From positions 128,001 to 192,000 of the forward strand of contig JBFRWN010000124.1 in NCBI GenBank assembly GCA_051439605.1: a stretch of 64,000 nucleotides of DNA. The letters are read 5' to 3'. Positions 1-10,593 of this stretch are shown in pieces. The position numbers were made by a program, and so were the translations under genes. Source of the stretch: Synechococcus sp. (lineage in GTDB: Bacteria; Cyanobacteriota; Cyanobacteriia; Thermostichales; PCC-7336). The notes under the pieces were generated by a model. The model searched no databases. It saw only the letters and a list, made by a program, of their open reading frames with translations, and had not been told where the DNA came from. Position 1 is the first letter of the stretch. Every line of letters starts with the position of its first letter.

Positions 1-90
1 ATTGACCAGGAAGACATTATTCGTGTTCACCTCCACAATACTCCGGACCGCTTTAAGGCACAGATGAAACAACAGCTATCCAACATGTAG
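1..90 (+). CDS. possible 3' end of an unidentified CDS truncated by the window edge (IDQEDIIRVHLHNTPDRFKAQMKQQLSNM*)
   Basis: Frame +1 is open from base 1 to TAG at 88-90; no family recognised. Confidence 0.3.
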   Translation: MDQEDIIRVHLHNTPDRFKAQMKQQLSNM

Positions 91-857
91 CTTTCCACTA
101 TCAAGAAGACACTTACTGCTGAATAGGCTCCAAGAGAATCTAGCCGGGATGTGGGGTACCTACGCCGAGAGATCGCCCTCTAGACTTGGCTTCAAAACTA
201 GACTTGAAGTAGGATAGCCGAACAACAAGTTAACTCTATAAGCACGTTTCAATCGCAACCTCGTAATATATTGAACCAGGCTTCGCAGGTCATTTTGGCT
301 TTAGATGTCGATCTCACCCTTCTGACCATTGCAAACGACTATCAGGGGAAGGTGAGTGATGTCGCGAACGTAGTTCCCGTCCCCGTGGTTCTAGAAGAGG
401 AACCAGTCCACGTGGGCGTTCCGAACATCTTGGAGTGAATGGATGCCTTTACCACTCAACGACTGGTGGAATATTTTGGCACGGTTCAATTTCAGGTAAC
501 AGTCAACATTCCGTTCATCAGAACAATCAGCAATCTTTCCGTAGGACTTGTAGCAAATGGATCGTGAGTCGAGATACCGAGCGACTGGTGTGTCCCAGTG
601 CGTTCGCTCAGAATGCATTTCGTTCGTAAGCCCTTTGGGATTGCTGTGTAACAAGTTAACGACTCACCAGAGTTCAATTGTTTGTTTTGCAAAGTTTCAA
701 CAGTACCACTAAAAATGTGACATTTCATTGAACCGTAGCTTACAAATTCTCTTCGGTTGTTAGTAACCCCTTCAGGAACTGATGCTTGCCGCTGCGCATA
801 TTGGCCAGGAATAAAGGTTTTCTTTGGATAAGAATTAAGGATTAGTTCTGCACATTC

Positions 858-1085
858 TCAGATACACATACAATTCATCCGGCATAGCATAGAGCTTTTC
901 AGATGCTCTTCGTGCTGACGTTGTCCGGCCATAAGTTTGCGTGCCTTCGATTCCAACACTTGACCGTTGTTAAAACTGTTCCTATCTAAGTCAAATTCTG
1001 CTCGATAGAGCATAAACTTGTGCAATTGATTTTGATGTTGGCGCTGCTCACTTAGGAGTTTTCGAGCAAGATTCTGGATATTCAT
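858..1085 (-). CDS. glutamine synthetase inactivating factor IF7/IF17-like small protein with two tandem motifs
   Basis: Two copies of ARKL(L/M)xxQRQHxxxLxxxMLxR, resembling the GifA/GifB core AR.LM.R.....RQQSML.R; GAGGT RBS just upstream of ATG. Confidence 0.6.
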   Translation of the reverse strand: MNIQNLARKLLSEQRQHQNQLHKFMLYRAEFDLDRNSFNNGQVLESKARKLMAGQRQHEEHLKSSMLCRMNCMCI

Positions 1086-1107
1086 TAGATACCTCTAAAA
1101 TTTAAAA

Positions 1108-1121
1108 GCATCTTTATATAC
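1108..1121. promoter_or_regulatory. imperfect NtcA-like site upstream of the IF7-like gene
   Basis: GCA-TCTTTATA-TAC, 5/6 match to GTA-N8-TAC, 23 nt upstream of the start; gif genes are known NtcA targets. Confidence 0.25.
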
Positions 1122-1289
1122 ATTTTAGAGCAATAGCATGTTTGGTCCACTCTCTTTTGCGTGGCTATTTAGCTATAGATTATTCGGATATGAACATTGC
1201 AAATTCCGCAAAAGCAAGCTCTGTTTCTAGTTGATTGTTCAGTTGTGAAGCCTGTGACAGCTGAGGGTTATATTCCCAGAGGCATTTCC

Positions 1290-1775
1290 AGAGATTTAGC
1301 TGTATGGCCACGTCTACAACCGTCGAGTCACTCGACATCCGCAGCAGCCACTTCTCGGAGGGTTTGGTGTTGGGACTGCGGGGCTCAAGCCAGCTCAGCC
1401 GTTGCGGGGTCGTTGGATAGCCTTCACAGTGCGGACACCGATAGCGCTTAGGTCGAAACTCAATCCAGACAGGTTGGTCAAACACGGGCAGGTGACGAAT
1501 CCGAATTGCCTAGTCCAAACCGTGGAATTGCTCGATCTGCAGACCCCATTGATGGCAGGTCGTGCCTTTCAGTATGTTTTCGATATAAATGAGCCAATGC
1601 CCTTGCTCAATCTTTGAGACTCCTAGCACTCGTACATCGGGCCAGTCGAGAGGGATGTGAATAGACTTATCCGTATGTTCCCCCTATCGCTTGGGTATCT
1701 GGATCGTCTCACAATAGCTATTCCTCTGCTCTCCAAACTAGATGTAGCGCTCAACCAAGCAATTCCCGAAGAACC
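1290..1775 (-). mobile_element. ISL3-family IS remnant (left end plus N-terminal transposase pseudogene)
   Basis: Minus frame from ~1675 reads (ACG)DKSIHIPLDWPDVRV...CHQW...GLD*AIRIRHLPVFDQPVWIEFRPKRYRCPHC (zf-ISL3-like) with a lost start and an internal TAG; GGTTCTTCGGGAATT at 1775-1761 resembles an ISL3 terminus. Confidence 0.8.
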
Positions 1776-2076
1776 CAAATAGACGCATGCTGCTAACCCA
1801 CATAGCAGGGGAGGAGATGGCCAAAATCTTCAGTACGCCAGCACCCACAGCGGTTGTTCTGCCAATGTGGGCATTTTTGGGGCTTATATACCTGCATGGG
1901 CAGAGCGGAGATTTTCTGTCAAAATCAATACGATTTAGTCATAGACCTAGTGGCCGAGTTGAAGGGTATACAACTATCTGACCAATGCTATCGGCAAAGG
2001 CGTGAGATGGGGTTGAAAACATTCAAATTGTAACTTCAAACATGGGTAAAGGGTGAGGTCGCATTAGCCTTATGAC

Positions 2077-2490
2077 TTAAGCCATCATTCTTTCCGACGC
2101 CTGCTGCTCTACATCCTGAGCAGCTTCTTGCGTCTTGGCTTCAATGGTTTCACTAGTTGGTTCTGCCCTCTTGCTGGGGGGGAGTGCAGCTACGCTGGAT
2201 TCCAGCTCGACAACCATATCCTTCAGCTCTGAGATAGTGTTATCACGCTCTTCAATTGTTTCGTTCTGCTTGCGGAACTCCATCACAAACTGTGCTTTAC
2301 TCCACAGGCTAAATACCCAAGCCACAGTTGCCCCCAAGCCAGTCGCCAGAAGTAACTCCACCACCAAAGGGGCTTCAAATGACATCCCAGGAGCTACATT
2401 CACCTCCACAGGTTGAGAGTTCTGCATCGCAAACAAAGAGATTCCCAGGCATACTGCGAAAATCGTCACGAAGTTAAACTGTCGCATCAT
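2077..2490 (-). CDS. LapA/DUF1049-family membrane protein
   Basis: FAMQNSQPVEV motif between two TM helices, followed by a coiled coil. Confidence 0.8.
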   Translation of the reverse strand: MMRQFNFVTIFAVCLGISLFAMQNSQPVEVNVAPGMSFEAPLVVELLLATGLGATVAWVFSLWSKAQFVMEFRKQNETIEERDNTISELKDMVVELESSVAALPPSKRAEPTSETIEAKTQEAAQDVEQQASERMMA

Positions 2491-2773
2491 TACCTCAATT
2501 GGGTTTGGATCGTTTTCACGCCTACCAGTTTAGGGGTCACCCTAGAAACAACTCTTGAACGATCGCGTAAATTTTCACAACTGGTGAGACTCTGCCCATC
2601 TACCCCACCTTACTTATGCCCAATCGCCCTGCAAGCTGCTTTTTCGGAGAGTCAGCAGTCTTCTTGATTGCCCAGAAAAGCCCCCAGCCGCCACGTCGTC
2701 AATAGCACTCGGATACAAAGACGTAGTATTTGCTGTAGCTAGCATTTCCGCAAGACAGTAACTTGATTGCAAA

Positions 2774-3103
2774 TTAGTCAGTGACCTGTGGAGGCAAACC
2801 CACGAGCCCAGGATTGAGGTCAGTCGCTGACAGATTTCTCAGCAACGATTGGATGTGCATGCGGGGAATATACGGCCAACTTCCACTCGCCTCAATGTCT
2901 TGGAGCAGGTGATACAACCGTTGACGGTTATCGGGCAAGGACTCCTTAAATAGACCATCGTGAATATCCCTATGAGTCTCCTCCAGAACCCGCAGCAATT
3001 GCAGTAGCTCCAAACAGTTGCCATCCCGCTCCTTAGCTGCATCTGAAATGCGTTCCGCCAACTCCTGTAGGTCCTGTGGTAATTCTTCTTTAGGAAAATT
3101 CAT
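2774..3103 (-). CDS. conserved cyanobacterial hypothetical protein
   Basis: LLQLLRxLE..HR.I....F..SLPDNRQ.LY.LL.DIE..G.WPYI pattern typical of a cyanobacterial family. Confidence 0.7.
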   Translation of the reverse strand: MNFPKEELPQDLQELAERISDAAKERDGNCLELLQLLRVLEETHRDIHDGLFKESLPDNRQRLYHLLQDIEASGSWPYIPRMHIQSLLRNLSATDLNPGLVGLPPQVTD

Positions 3104-3545
3104 AAATCGCGTTTTTCACCGGTATATTGTTCCTGAGTGCCTCGGTTAAATCAGAAGGCTGCCTCAGAATTAAAGCGTCTGTACTAAATTGAGCTAATTT
3201 AACACGTTCATCATGACGGGGCGATCTTATCTCAGCGCTTTCGTTCCAGTCCTAGTCAGCGATTGCATACAATAGTATGCAAATGTTAAGAGTATGAGAG
3301 CCAGTTTCGGCATCCTTCGATCGCACTTTGGCCTTCAAGCATTTGGTGGATAGCGGCTTTGCAGTCAGCGTCCAATCCAAGTACTGGGTTTTCATCCGCT
3401 CGAAGCATTCACTGAAGTTGCGAACAAGTGCTCGCTCGTTCCGGGATTGGACCCAGTTCGGCTGATGCGAATCACGGTTACCGGCCCAGCACTGAGAGCT
3501 CCTTTAGCAAATCGTTACTTAATGCACCGTTTAACGAGGTTCAAG

Positions 3546-4361
3546 ATGAGGTACCGCTCCCTGCTTGCGATACTGCTAGCACTTTTTTTGGGTGTGACTG
3601 TGACCGCCTGTGGAGAGGCTCCCCAGCAGGAAGGGCCGCTCACCTACGATCAAGTTCACAACTCGGGTCTAGCCGCCCTTTGCCCTGAGGTTTCTGACTT
3701 CGCCCGCGGCAAAATCGAATTGACTTCCGGTCAAACTGTCCAGTTGGACGACATCTGCATGCAGCCTGTTTCCATCGAGGTTGAAGAAGAGCGTCGCAGT
3801 GGTGAAAAAGAATTTGTTGGCACCAAAAATGTTACCCGCGACACATACACCCTAGGCCCCGCTCAGGGTTACATCACCTCTAAAGGTGACAACACCCTAG
3901 AGTTTGGGGTTACCGATGGTATGACCTACCAGGCAACCACCGCACAAATGCCTGGCCGAGAGCAGATTCCGATCCTGCTCAGCATCAAGCGCATGAAAGC
4001 AACGTCTGCCTCTGCTGATGGAAGCATCAACTCTTCCCTAGACTTTGAAGGGGACTACACCGTACAGGGCTACCGTGGCAGTACCTTCCTCGATCCCAAA
4101 GCGCGCGGTAGCGAAACCGGCTACGAAATGGCCAATGCTCTACAAGCAGCTCAAGAGGAATACCCCGAAGGCACTGTCAAAACTGACGAGTTCACCAAAG
4201 GTCAGGTTTCCATCCAAATCGCTCGTGTCGATCCTGAAACTGGCGAAATTGGTGGCAATTTCATCAGCTACCAGATGTCCAGCGACGAGCAAGGAACCCT
4301 CGAGCCACATTTGATTCGAGTTCAGGGAATATTCTACGCTCGGACGGTCGGCGAAGCTTAA
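3546..4361 (+). CDS. psbO: photosystem II manganese-stabilising protein PsbO
   Basis: MRYRSLL signal peptide, LTYDQV..SGLA..CP, YRGSTFLDPKARG, MSSDEQG, VQGIFYAR; start moved to the ATG at 3546. Confidence 0.95.
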   Translation: MRYRSLLAILLALFLGVTVTACGEAPQQEGPLTYDQVHNSGLAALCPEVSDFARGKIELTSGQTVQLDDICMQPVSIEVEEERRSGEKEFVGTKNVTRDTYTLGPAQGYITSKGDNTLEFGVTDGMTYQATTAQMPGREQIPILLSIKRMKATSASADGSINSSLDFEGDYTVQGYRGSTFLDPKARGSETGYEMANALQAAQEEYPEGTVKTDEFTKGQVSIQIARVDPETGEIGGNFISYQMSSDEQGTLEPHLIRVQGIFYARTVGEA

Positions 4362-4402
4362 GGTTGCGCGATCGCGTTCTTTTCAGTTCATTACTGCTTA
4401 CG

Positions 4403-4434
4403 AAAGGGCTGGCCCCGTTGGGGCTGGTCCTTTT
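4403..4434 (+). terminator. intrinsic terminator after psbO
   Basis: GC-rich hairpin aagggctggcccc-gtt-ggggctggtcctt followed by a T tract. Confidence 0.65.
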
Positions 4435-4460
4435 GCTTTCCTCCTCTCGAAATCTATTTC

Positions 4461-5291
4461 ATGAGCAACGTCGGCACAGTAGCCTACCTGGGGCCAGCGG
4501 GAACTTTTACAGAAGCCGCAGCTATTAGCTTTCAACCCAACGAAGCTTTGCTGGTTCCCTACTCCAGCAACCAAGCCACATTGCAGGCTGTTGTTGACGG
4601 TGAGGTGGAGTGGGGGGTTGTTCCGGTGGAAAATTCGGTTCAAGGAGGGGTTACTGCCACGCTCGATATGCTGTGGCAGTTGAATGGACTACACATTCAT
4701 CAGGCTGAAATCTTGCCCATTCGCCACTATCTGATGGGGTTTGCACCCGCCATCAGCGGCATCGAAACGGTGTATGCGCATCCGCAGGCGCTAGCACAAT
4801 GCAGATTGTGGCTAAGCGATCATTTACCCCATGCCCAGACTGTTCCAGCAGCATCTAACACTAGCGAGCTTTCTATGTTGGCTCAGACCCCAACGGCAGC
4901 AGCAATTTCTTCGCACCGAGCGGCTGAAGTATACGGGATTCCATTACTTGCCAATGCCATCAACGATTACGACAACAACAGCACACAGTTCTGGGTGGTC
5001 AGCCGAAATCCATCCCCAGGCGGTCCTTACTCGTCATTCGCCTTTTGTGTCAAAGCCAACGTACCGGGAGCCTTGCTCCAACCGTTGCAGGTCTTGGCCG
5101 CCGCGGGGATTAACATGAGACGCATTGAATCTCGTCCTTCTAAACGGGCGATTGGCGATTACGTGTTCTTCGTTGACGTGGAACATCAGGATCGGTCTCA
5201 TTTCCCAGACCACGTTCTCAACTTATTGCAAGAGATTGCTGCTGTTATTAAGGTTTTTGGCAGCTACCCGCTTAAAATTTGCCAGGATTGA
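4461..5291 (+). CDS. pheA: prephenate dehydratase
   Basis: AYLGPAGTFTE, VPVENSVQG, HPQALAQC, ACT domain with IESRP. Confidence 0.93.
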   Translation: MSNVGTVAYLGPAGTFTEAAAISFQPNEALLVPYSSNQATLQAVVDGEVEWGVVPVENSVQGGVTATLDMLWQLNGLHIHQAEILPIRHYLMGFAPAISGIETVYAHPQALAQCRLWLSDHLPHAQTVPAASNTSELSMLAQTPTAAAISSHRAAEVYGIPLLANAINDYDNNSTQFWVVSRNPSPGGPYSSFAFCVKANVPGALLQPLQVLAAAGINMRRIESRPSKRAIGDYVFFVDVEHQDRSHFPDHVLNLLQEIAAVIKVFGSYPLKICQD

Positions 5292-5539
5292 TTCGCTAAG
5301 CCTGACCGGATGAAGACGAACTAACCCAGTCTAAAGCTTGGCCTGACATCCCAGACGACAAACCTGTCAGTGAATTTGAGTTATATCTTGGCGGTTAACA
5401 AGATGGCTCTGATGCGATACCATCTCCACTGCTAGCGCCCGGAAGGCTTGAGAAACCTTGAGGCTCCACCCCTCTACGTAAGGATTTCCCCCTATAATGA
5501 CTTTGTTAAAAACCGTTGCAGACGTGGGAGACGGCACTC

Positions 5540-6721
5540 ATGCCGATGATCGAAACCAAAGCGGATCGGATGGTGCTCAACTTTGGGCCACACCATCCCT
5601 CTATGCATGGCGTCTTGCGACTGCTTGTAACCCTTGACGGTGAGAATGTCGTGGATTGCGAGCCGGTGCTGGGGTATCTGCACCGGGCAATGGAAAAAAT
5701 CGCCGAAAACCGAACAATCGTCCAGTACCTGCCCTACGTCACCCGTTGGGACTACCTGGCCACCATGTTCACCGAAGCCATTACGGTGAATGCCCCCGAG
5801 CAATTAGCGGATGTTAAAGTTCCTCGTCGAGCTCAGTACATTCGGGTCATCATGCTGGAACTGAGCCGCATCGCCTCCCACCTGCTCTGGCTAGGTACCT
5901 TTGTGGCCGATATTGGCGCCCAAACCCCCTTCTTCTATGTCTTCCGAGAGCGGGAGATGATTTACGACCTGTTTGAAGCTGCCACCGGCATGCGCATGAT
6001 GCACAATTATTTTCGCATTGGTGGCGTTGCCGCGGACTTGCCTTATGGATGGGTCGAGAAGTGCAACGATTTCTGCGACTATCTTCTGCCCAAAATTGAT
6101 GAATACGAGCGGTTGCTGTCTAAGAACCCCATCCTGCGCAATCGCACCGAAGGGGTCGGTACCATCACTCGCGAGAATGCCATTAGCTGGGGATTGTCTG
6201 GCCCGATGTTGCGGGCCTCGGGGGTGAAGTGGGACCTGCGGAAAGTCGACCACTACGAATGCTACGACGATTTCGATTGGGAGGTTCAAACGGCAACGGC
6301 AGGGGACTGCTTGGCGAGGTATTTCGTGCGAGTCCGCGAGATGCGCGAATCTATCAAGATTATTCGCCAAGCCCTCGATAGACTTCCTGGTGGCCCATTC
6401 GAAAACTTGGAAGCCCAGCGCATGACTGGTGGTCCCAAGTCCGAATGGAATGATTTCCAGTACCAGTTCATTGGCAAGAAATCTTCCCCCATGTTTAAGG
6501 TGCCGGAGGACGAACACTACGTGCGAGTTGAAGCTCCTAAAGGAGAATTGGGGGTCTATCTTGTGGGAGACGGTAACGTTTTCCCCTGGAGATTCAAGAT
6601 TCGTCCACCGGGCTTCATCAACCTGCAGGTTTTACCAGAACTGGTCAGAGGGATGAAGCTGGCTGACATCATGGCCATTCTGGGCAGCATCGACATCATC
6701 ATGGGCGAAGTCGATCGCTAA
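5540..6721 (+). CDS. ndhH: NDH-1 subunit H
   Basis: [28 protein letters not shown]-terminal [12 protein letters not shown] 5540 chosen as start. Confidence 0.97.
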   Translation: MPMIETKADRMVLNFGPHHPSMHGVLRLLVTLDGENVVDCEPVLGYLHRAMEKIAENRTIVQYLPYVTRWDYLATMFTEAITVNAPEQLADVKVPRRAQYIRVIMLELSRIASHLLWLGTFVADIGAQTPFFYVFREREMIYDLFEAATGMRMMHNYFRIGGVAADLPYGWVEKCNDFCDYLLPKIDEYERLLSKNPILRNRTEGVGTITRENAISWGLSGPMLRASGVKWDLRKVDHYECYDDFDWEVQTATAGDCLARYFVRVREMRESIKIIRQALDRLPGGPFENLEAQRMTGGPKSEWNDFQYQFIGKKSSPMFKVPEDEHYVRVEAPKGELGVYLVGDGNVFPWRFKIRPPGFINLQVLPELVRGMKLADIMAILGSIDIIMGEVDR

Positions 6722-6822
6722 CGATTTGCCGCCAACTCAGCCCCCCCAGCTATCTGGGGCATATTCCCCTGTATGGCAGCCCTTTATTCAGTCGCTCGAA
6801 GCCTTTACGAGTACCCAACAGT

Positions 6823-7941
6823 ATGGAAACCGGTCTAGACTTACAACGCAGTTTTCTCGAGCTCCTGGTGGGCTGGGGTGTTCGCCCGGACATCGCGTCG
6901 GCGGTATGGCTACCTCTACCCATGTTGGTTCTGATTGCTGGCGTAACCGTAGGAGTTATGGTCCTCACCTGGCTGGAGCGTAAGGTGTCGGCAGCAGCAC
7001 AACAACGTACTGGCCCTACACTCGCTGGCCCCCAGGGTTTATTAATTCCTCTTGCGGACGGCCTCAAGCTGCTCACCAAAGAGGACGTCACCCCTGCGAA
7101 TGCCGATCCCTTGCTGTTTACTCTGGGGCCAGTATTGGTTTTTCTGCCGGTATTTTTTTCCTACTTGGTGATTCCGTTCGGCCAAAATATGCTGCTGACG
7201 GATTTATCTATCGGCGTATTCATGGTAATTGCAGTCTCCAGCATTCAACCCATTGGTTTGTTGATGGCAGGTTACGGGTCAAACAACAAGTATTCATTGT
7301 TGGGCGGTTTGCGTGCAGCTGCCCAATCCATTAGTTACGAACTGCCGCTAGCACTCTCAGTACTGGCGATAGCCATGATGAGCAACGGCCTTGGCACCAT
7401 CGATATTGTCAACCAGCAGGAAGGTTTGGGAATTCTTTCTTGGAACGTTTGGCGCCAGCCCATTGGCTTTGTCATCTTCCTGATTTCTGCGCTGGCAGAG
7501 TGCGAACGACTTCCCTTCGATTTACCTGAGGCGGAAGAAGAGCTGGTGGCTGGCTACCAGACTGAATATTCAGCCATGAAATTTGCTCTGTTCTATCTGG
7601 GGTCCTATGCCAACCTGCTGCTTGCGGCTCTGCTGGCTACCGTGCTGTATATGGGTGGCTGGTCCTTCATTATTCCGGTGGACATGTTGGCCGACCTAGT
7701 GGGGGTTTCCATTTACAATCCCGTGTTTCAGGTGATTGCTGGGGCACTGGGTATTTTCATGACCCTGTTCAAAGCGTTCTTATTCGTATTCTTGGCTATC
7801 ATCACCCGCTGGACGCTGCCTCGCGTCCGCATCGACCAACTATTGGATCTGGGTTGGAAGTTCCTACTACCGATTTCCTTAGTCAATCTACTGCTGACTG
7901 CCGCATGCAAACTGGCACTACCCGCTTTTTTTGGCGGCTAA
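6823..7941 (+). CDS. ndhA: NDH-1 subunit A (NuoH/ND1)
   Basis: [52 protein letters not shown]. Confidence 0.97.
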   Translation: METGLDLQRSFLELLVGWGVRPDIASAVWLPLPMLVLIAGVTVGVMVLTWLERKVSAAAQQRTGPTLAGPQGLLIPLADGLKLLTKEDVTPANADPLLFTLGPVLVFLPVFFSYLVIPFGQNMLLTDLSIGVFMVIAVSSIQPIGLLMAGYGSNNKYSLLGGLRAAAQSISYELPLALSVLAIAMMSNGLGTIDIVNQQEGLGILSWNVWRQPIGFVIFLISALAECERLPFDLPEAEEELVAGYQTEYSAMKFALFYLGSYANLLLAALLATVLYMGGWSFIIPVDMLADLVGVSIYNPVFQVIAGALGIFMTLFKAFLFVFLAIITRWTLPRVRIDQLLDLGWKFLLPISLVNLLLTAACKLALPAFFGG

Positions 7942-7975
7942 ACCATCACTGACTGACCGATAGAGAGGACACGAC

Positions 7976-8599
7976 ATGAAATTTCTAAACAAGGTGGGTG
8001 GCTACGCCAGTGATGTCTGGCAGTCTGCCAAGGCAATTGGACAGGGGCTGACGGTGGTGTTCGATCACATGAACCGCCGCCCTATTACGGTCCAATATCC
8101 CTACGAGAAGCTGATCCCCTCCGAACGATTCCGCGGCCGCATCCACTTTGAGTTCGACAAGTGCATCTCCTGTGAAGTCTGCGTTCGGGTCTGCCCCATT
8201 AACCTGCCTGTGGTGGACTATGCTTTTAATGCCAAGTTGAAGAAAAAGGAGCTGTACAGTTACAGTATTGACTTTGGCGTCTGCATTTTTTGTGGCAACT
8301 GCGTTGAATTTTGCCCCACCAATGCTCTGTCCATGACAGAAGAGTACGATCTGTCTGCCTACGACCGGCACGAGCTGAACTATAACCAGGTGGCTTTGGG
8401 CCGCCTTCCCTACAAGGTCACCGACGACCCGATGGTCACCCCCTTGCGGGAATTGGCCTATCTCCCCAAGGGAGTCATGGAACCTCACGATCTTGAGCCA
8501 GGTGTTCAGCGTGCCGGGAAGCGGCCCCAAGATATTCTGGAGGAGTTGAGAGCAGCCAAGGAGGCCGCTACAACAGCTTCTGCAGAGTCTGCAGAATAG
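7976..8599 (+). CDS. ndhI: NDH-1 subunit I
   Basis: [20 protein letters not shown] and two CxxCxxCxxxCP 4Fe-4S motifs. Confidence 0.97.
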   Translation: MKFLNKVGGYASDVWQSAKAIGQGLTVVFDHMNRRPITVQYPYEKLIPSERFRGRIHFEFDKCISCEVCVRVCPINLPVVDYAFNAKLKKKELYSYSIDFGVCIFCGNCVEFCPTNALSMTEEYDLSAYDRHELNYNQVALGRLPYKVTDDPMVTPLRELAYLPKGVMEPHDLEPGVQRAGKRPQDILEELRAAKEAATTASAESAE

Positions 8600-8677
8600 A
8601 CTTGGAGATTCAAGGTTTTTGCCCTTTGACAGCTGATACTTTGACAAGACCCGTGATTGCTAGATAGGAGAAGGTTC

Positions 8678-9280
8678 GTGCAGCTATCTGAAGGAGTTCA
8701 ACTGGTTAGCTTTGGCATATTGTCTGCAATGGCCATTGGGTTTGCCCTGGGAGTGGTCCTGCTACCCAGCATCGTGTACGCCGCTTTTATGCTAGGTGGC
8801 GTGTTCATGAGCATGGCTGGGCTATATCTCTTGCTGAATGCTGACTTTGTTGCTGCAGCGCAGGTGCTTATCTATGTAGGTGCAGTCAATGTTTTGATCC
8901 TGTTTGCCATTATGCTCGTTAACCGTCAGCAAACTTTCCAACCGTTGAAGTTGGGTTGGTTGCGCAATGCTTTCGCTGCAGCTGTCTGTGCAGGTATTGT
9001 TTTCCTCTTAGGAAGCGCAGTCTTTTCAACTGGTTGGGCGGTTCAGCCGGTGCAGGAAATCAGCAGTATTTTAGTGATTGGCGGTCAGTTTTTCTCCTAT
9101 TACCTGCTACCGTTTGAGGTTGCATCTGTTCTGCTACTGATGGCGTTGATCGGCGCCATTGTGATTGCTCGCCGAGAGTTTATTGCCGAGGTGCCAGATC
9201 GGTCTGAAGAGGTAGAGTTTGCCTTACTGGAGCGCCCCCGCTCCACGATCCCCACCGGTACAATGTCTGAAGGTAAATAG
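8678..9280 (+). CDS. ndhG: NDH-1 subunit G (ND6)
   Basis: LNADFVAAAQVLIYVGAVNVLILFAIMLV, LPFEVAS; GTG start at 8678 after an AGGAG RBS. Confidence 0.95.
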   Translation: MQLSEGVQLVSFGILSAMAIGFALGVVLLPSIVYAAFMLGGVFMSMAGLYLLLNADFVAAAQVLIYVGAVNVLILFAIMLVNRQQTFQPLKLGWLRNAFAAAVCAGIVFLLGSAVFSTGWAVQPVQEISSILVIGGQFFSYYLLPFEVASVLLLMALIGAIVIARREFIAEVPDRSEEVEFALLERPRSTIPTGTMSEGK

Positions 9281-9286
9281 ATCGAA

Positions 9287-9595
9287 ATGTTAGAACTTGA
9301 ATTTTTCCTGACTGTTGCCGCCATTCTGTTCGGGATTGGCATTTATGGAGTGGTCACCAGTCGTAACGTAGTGCGGGTGTTGATGTCCATTGAGCTCCTG
9401 TTGAATGCCGTCAATCTCAACTTTATTGCCTTCTCGAATTTCCTCGATTCTGGAAGTATCCGCGGTCAGGTGTTCTCTGTATTTGTCATTACCGTGGCTG
9501 CAGCTGAAGCAGCTGTGGGGTTAGCAATTGTCCTTTCTATCTACCGCAATCGCTCCACCATTGATATGGAAAGCTTTAATCTTCTCAAGTGGTAA
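9287..9595 (+). CDS. ndhE: NDH-1 subunit E (ND4L)
   Basis: [38 protein letters not shown]. Confidence 0.97.
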   Translation: MLELEFFLTVAAILFGIGIYGVVTSRNVVRVLMSIELLLNAVNLNFIAFSNFLDSGSIRGQVFSVFVITVAAAEAAVGLAIVLSIYRNRSTIDMESFNLLKW

Positions 9596-9597
9596 TA

Positions 9598-9620
9598 AGG
9601 TCTCACAGACATTGAGACCT
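9598..9620. terminator. hairpin between convergent ndhE and rhomboid genes
   Basis: aggtctca-N7-tgagacct, 8-bp stem right after the ndhE stop. Confidence 0.5.
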
Positions 9621-9688
9621 CTATATCAAGCTAATTAATTAAGCGTACCAAAGATACTATTTCCCCTAGTCTCGACCTCTTGTGGGAT

Positions 9689-10405
9689 TTAGAACAGGGC
9701 TCGGGGGTTCTTTTTCGACATAAAAAACTTGACCAGCAACACACCGAATACAAAGCCGCCTGCATGGGCCCAGTAGGCTATCCCTCCTGTACCCATGTTG
9801 ACGTCATTATCAAGCGATAAAACGCTGTAAAAAGCTTGTTGGATAAACCACCATCCCAGGTAAAAGACAGCCGGTATCCTGATGTAAATGGGGAAAATTA
9901 CAATTAGAAAAACTGCTCTGACTTTGGCTTTTGGGAAATTAATCAGATAGGCTCCCAAAACAGCAGCGATCGCCCCACTGGCCCCTAAGTTCGGAACTAC
10001 AGAAGTTGGGTCAGCAACCACTTGAACAACCGTAGCCCCTGCCCCACACAACAAGTAAAAAACTAGAAATTTGAAGTGGCCCATGACATCTTCGATGTTG
10101 TCACCGAAGATCCACAGGAACAACATGTTTCCAATAACGTGCAAAAATCCACCATGCAAAAACATAGCGGTGACAATGGGGAGAATCAAGATTGGTAATA
10201 GCTCCAGTTGACCCGCTATCACTTGTTGGAAATGGGCTGCTTCCCTGGCGGGGATGACGGCGAAGGTTCTCCAAAAACTTGTTAGAGAACCATTGGCATC
10301 TAAATACAACTGGTACAAGAAAATAGCGATATTTGCCGCGACAATTGCCTGCACCACAATAGGCTGGGTGCGGCTAGGATTTTCGTCACTATAGGGAAAT
10401 AGCAA
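9689..10405 (-). CDS. rhomboid family intramembrane serine protease
   Basis: MFLHGGFLHVIGNMLFLWIFG, catalytic GASG and AHAGG. Confidence 0.92.
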   Translation of the reverse strand: MLFPYSDENPSRTQPIVVQAIVAANIAIFLYQLYLDANGSLTSFWRTFAVIPAREAAHFQQVIAGQLELLPILILPIVTAMFLHGGFLHVIGNMLFLWIFGDNIEDVMGHFKFLVFYLLCGAGATVVQVVADPTSVVPNLGASGAIAAVLGAYLINFPKAKVRAVFLIVIFPIYIRIPAVFYLGWWFIQQAFYSVLSLDNDVNMGTGGIAYWAHAGGFVFGVLLVKFFMSKKNPRALF

Positions 10406-10593
10406 TAGCTGATTCCTCAGTAAGCGAGGGCGATACCGACCCGCAGACGAATCGGTGAAGCCAGCCTATCACTTGCAAGAAGAGGGGATGTATCCAGTAG
10501 CAGTTAACATCAGAGGTTGCACAACACTATCTATACCCGTCCAGAGTTCTGAATCGGTGAGATGTCCCGAGAGACTTGTCGGTCGCTATAGAA

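Noticed and set aside
270..730. Plus-frame segment VILALDVDLTLL...VANVVPVPVVL, faintly like a USP or HAD motif, and overlapping short ORFs
   Set aside because: Interrupted by stops, no start or RBS, and similarity too weak to call without a search; possibly a decayed gene.
1086..1200. Glutamine (glnA) riboswitch expected upstream of gifB-like genes
   Set aside because: The conserved CGTT...GGAAGTA...GAA..AACG pattern is not visible on the minus strand.
5891..8647. Long antisense ORFs (208 aa, 220 aa) and similar shadows over atpA, groEL and the GNAT
   Set aside because: Antisense shadows of conserved genes produced by codon bias.
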